Position numbers and translations under genes: made by a program. DNA of 64,000 nucleotides from Scyliorhinus canicula (taxonomy: Eukaryota). The first letter of the stretch is position 1. Each line of letters opens with the position of its first letter. The stretch covers positions 125,574,653-125,638,652 of the forward strand of contig NC_052162.1 in assembly GCF_902713615.1 (NCBI RefSeq), read 5' to 3'. The notes below the pieces were generated by a model that was not told where the DNA came from, searched no databases, and saw only the letters and a program-made list of their open reading frames with translations. Of the stretch, positions 60,400 to 64,000 are shown one piece after another.

Positions 60400-63385
60400 A
60401 CTGACTAGAGGCTGAGTGAGCTGACTCAATATATGTGAGCTTATGAGGCCGAGCTGTAAAACACCATGAAGAGGCTCGATGATCCGGAGGAGAGAATCGT
60501 GAACATTGAGCGAGATGCCTCCTCGGCGGAGGCAAGAATTTAATCCTTGGAAAACCGGCTGAGTGGGGTGGTGGACTCCTGGAGAACTTAGAGAACCGAG
60601 GGTCAGAGAAAGAACATCCCAGTCGTCGGCCTGCCAGAAGGTGTGGAGGGTGAGGCTCCCGTAAGGTTCTTTGAGGACCGGCTGCCACGTTTTCTCCAGC
60701 TGGATGTGAAGCCTGGGTGTTTCCAATTAGAAAGGACATCGGATCCTGTCTTTGAGGCCGAGGGATAGTTTTCATCCCAGGCCTGGAATCATTCCCTTCC
60801 ACAACTTGAAAGATCAGCAGAAGGTCCTGGAGACGGGTAAGGTGAGGTGGGACCTGGCTCCATGAGGGAATGAGGATTTCCTTCTTCCAGGACTTTTCGG
60901 CAGCCACACAAACGAAGCATCGAGGCTTCGATGAAGTTTGAAGGGACCTCAAGGCTGCGGGAGTGAATTATGTCGCTTTATCCAGTGACCCTGAAAATTG
61001 TATCCGACAATCCGTCAAGTCTTTCGATAATCCGACTACTGCCTTGGTCTTCGGTAAATCCTTAAAGGGCAAGGATTTGGAGTGATGATTTGCAGCTGAT
61101 GGTTAAAATCTTTTGAATCCGACAGAAAAGACAAACATTTCTCCTTCCAGATTCAAAGGCCGGTGATATTCAGTTCCAAGGAATTGAGAGACTCTGTCAG
61201 ATCGAGATGTGAAGTTTGAGATTTCTGTCTGTAATTCCTCCTCTTCTAATATCCTGTAAAAACAATTTAACTCAGGCTCTAATCCAGACTCTTTCCCTAT
61301 CGTGGTGTTGTTGTCTGAATTTGTTATCTTTTATCCTGTTGAAGGGAGTTGTTATTCTCTGAGCACCGATTGAATGTCATCTTCTCCTCGAGTGTTACAG
61401 GGACTCGTATTATCTTTTCTCAGTTATGGTAGATGTGCCGTGTGCTGATTATCCGTCGTCTTTCTTCTATTATCCGAGTGTTAATCATGGCAGAACCGAG
61501 TGGTGCCATTGCCGAAGGGTGGGTGGTGGTGGATGCAGGTCTTCACAGGTGGGTCTAAAATGTGGGAGGGACATTCGATCCCCATTCCCTTGTTGGCCCT
61601 TCTTTTCTTCCCCTCATTTTGGAGAAGGTATCCTGAGGGTAACGACAGTCTGGCCGTGGGGTTAATCCTCCGGGTCCTCAGTCTTATTGAGGAATGTCCC
61701 CATGGATCTATTGTGGTGGTGATTCTTCTGTATTTTTGTTATTATGGGAGGGTTTATGTGTTGTTAACTTTATCTTACTCTGGTGCAGACGGTGCTTTTA
61801 TCCGTTAAAGGAGCAGTTTGGGGAGACATTGGTGCCTCTAGTGTAAAGTGAGTTGGAGGAGGGGGTAATGGCCCACACCCGATTGTGGTGTGAAAATATG
61901 TTCCTGTTCTCTCTGTCGCCTAACTAATAGCGGTAGTTAATCTGCAAATTTTCTCAGGGAATGTACGGAGCATCCATCACCCTATCAGAAGGAAAAAGAT
62001 CCTCTCCTTTCTTAGGGAGAAAGTCGACATAACCTTAGTGCAGAAAACTCAGCCTATTATGGGAAGGATATTGTTAAACGAGAAAGAATGCAGAAGAGAA
62101 TTACCAGGATGCTGCCAGGACTTGATGGTCTGAGTTATAAGGAGAGTCTGGGTGGGCTGGGGCTTTTCCCCCTGGAGCGTAGGAGGCTTCGGTGTGATCT
62201 TATAGAGGTCTATAAAATAATGAGCAGCATAGATAAGGTATACAGTCGACATTTTCCCTGAGATAAAGGAGTCTAGAACTAGAGGGCATAGGTTTAAGGA
62301 GAGAGGAGAGAGATACAAAAGAGATCAGAGGGTAACTTTCTTCACACAGAAGGTGGTGAGCATCTGGAACGGCTGCCAGAGGCAGTGGTAGAGGCGGGTA
62401 CAATTTTGTCCTTCAAAAAGCAGTTAGACAGTTACATGGGCAGGGTGGGTATAGAGGGATCTGGGCTAAATCCTGGCAAGTGGGACTAGCTTAGTGGTAG
62501 AAACTGGGCAGCATGGGCAAGCTGGGCCGAAGGGCCTGGTTCCATGCTGTAAACATCTATAACTCTACCTGGAACAAAAAGAAACCTCGCCTCAAGTTTG
62601 TTCAGTTCCAATCACCAGGAGCTAAGGGAGGGCAGGGTCTCCCAAAAATCAGGCTTCATTAATCGGCCTCTCGTCTTAGGTTCATAAGGGATTGGGCTAG
62701 GATGGAGCCAACATTCATCTGGCTCAATACAGAAGCAGACCAGTCAGTTCTCCCTCGATCTAAAACTGGCAGAGGCTAATTATGGAATGCATCTCCATGC
62801 AATTTTTCATGTCTGTAATTCATGTCTGATGCATTGGGTAAAGTATGGGACTCCTATCTCAAATATATCGGCTCCAATGTGACTGACTTGCACCTCCTGG
62901 GCTTTCCATGAGTGAATTCAATTCAACTTAGGGCAGGGGTAAGGCACAATGGTTAATGCTGCTACCTCAGCGCCAGGGACCCAGATTGAATTGCAGCCAT
63001 AGGTGGCTGTCTGTGTGGAGTTTGCATATTCTCCTCGTGTCTTTGTGTTTTTCCTCCGGGTGCTCCAGTTTCCTCCCATTGTCCAAAGATGTGCAGCTAA
63101 AGTGGATTGATCACACTAAATTGTCCCTTAATGTCCAAGATGTGTAGGTTAGGTGGGTTGACCATGATCAATGCACCGGGTTACGAGGATAGGATGGCGA
63201 GTGGGCCTCAGTGAAGTGTTATTTCTGAGGCTCAGTGCAGACTTGAGGGGCGAATGGCCTTCTGTACTATAGGAGTTCTATGTCATCTATGTTGTGTTAT
63301 TCATTTGAATTTGTATATGCAGTTAGTCTGTTTGTAATACTTTACAAACTGAACTGTTATCCTTTGTTTTTATAGAATCTTACCC
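60400..63385 (+). mobile_element. Decayed L1-clade element (ORF1 ~60450-61085, ORF2 start ~61930, 3' end) with CR1 (62065-62565) and SINE (62930-63290) insertions
   Basis: LENRG..KNI.VVGLPEGVEG-like ORF1 remnant and NVRSIHHPIRRKKILSFL EN start. Confidence 0.7.
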
Positions 63386-63570
63386 TCTGTAGTTTCTCTG
63401 GAACATTCTTTCCTCTCTCATTCCCCAAAAGTTGTAAATCTCCACCCCACACAATCTCCCTCCATTCTCACTCTGCTGTATCTAATATTCACCCTCCCAA
63501 TTCTCCTGGAGGTTCTGATTCAGGCTGATTAACAGATCCATGCTCACTGCTTCCTGTCCTGGACATGGAA
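63386..63570 (-). other. Additional copy of the ZNF leader exon/intron
   Basis: Near-identical to 60113-60295 and followed by the same CR1 tail. Confidence 0.8.
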
Positions 63571-64000
63571 ACCATAACAAATCGGAGTTGCAGTCGGCCA
63601 TTTGGCCCATCGAGCCTGCTCAACCGTTCAATGAGATCATTGGCCGATCTACCTCAGCATCATTTTCCCACACTATCCCCCATATCCCTTGATATGTTCA
63701 ATATCTAGAAACCTATCAATATCTGTGTTGAAAATACTTGATGACTGAGGCTCCACAGTCCTCTTGGGTGGAGAATTCCAAAGCTTCACCACATCCGCGA
63801 GTGAAGAAATCTGTGCGGAGTCTGCACGTCATAAGAACATAGAACATAGAACAGTACAGCACAGAACAGGCCCTTCGGCCCTCGATGTTGTGCCGAGCAA
63901 TGATCACCCTACTTAAACCCACGTAACCCGTATACCCGTAACCCAACAATCCCCCCATTAACCTTACACTACGGGCAATTTAGCATGGCCAATCCACCTA

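Overview
Eukaryotic DNA, almost certainly from a cartilaginous fish (shark-like). This is inferred from HE1/V-SINE-type and SacSINE1/Deu-type SINEs, CR1, Rex1/Babar, fish-type L1 and Penelope remnants. The window is a TE-dense cluster of tandem C2H2 zinc-finger (ZNF) genes with no KRAB, SCAN or BTB effector domain. Three finger ORFs are intact (B 11239-11904 +, C 22028-23206 -, D 37797-38804 -), one is frameshifted in its last finger (A 170-761 -), one is a pseudogene (E ~59068-59740 -), and there are several finger-less relics. The paralogues share a conserved upstream module: a CCAAT/NRF1-type promoter (A, C, D), small exons, a ~170-bp intron and three fossil zinc fingers. In four of five genes an in-frame TGA lies exactly 13 codons before the start ATG, and three carry an 11-codon uORF. 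Region 1-7700 is a segmental duplicate of 37625-45447, yet the two finger arrays (7 vs 12 fingers) have diverged strongly. Other points of note are nested insertions with readable TSDs, a 28S rRNA fragment inside a SINE, a decayed Penelope hammerhead motif, a SINE-derived minisatellite and a degenerate mini LTR element. Most ORFs in the supplied track are TE fragments or antisense/repeat artefacts. TE family names come from recalled consensus features, not database searches, and coordinates of degenerate repeats are approximate.
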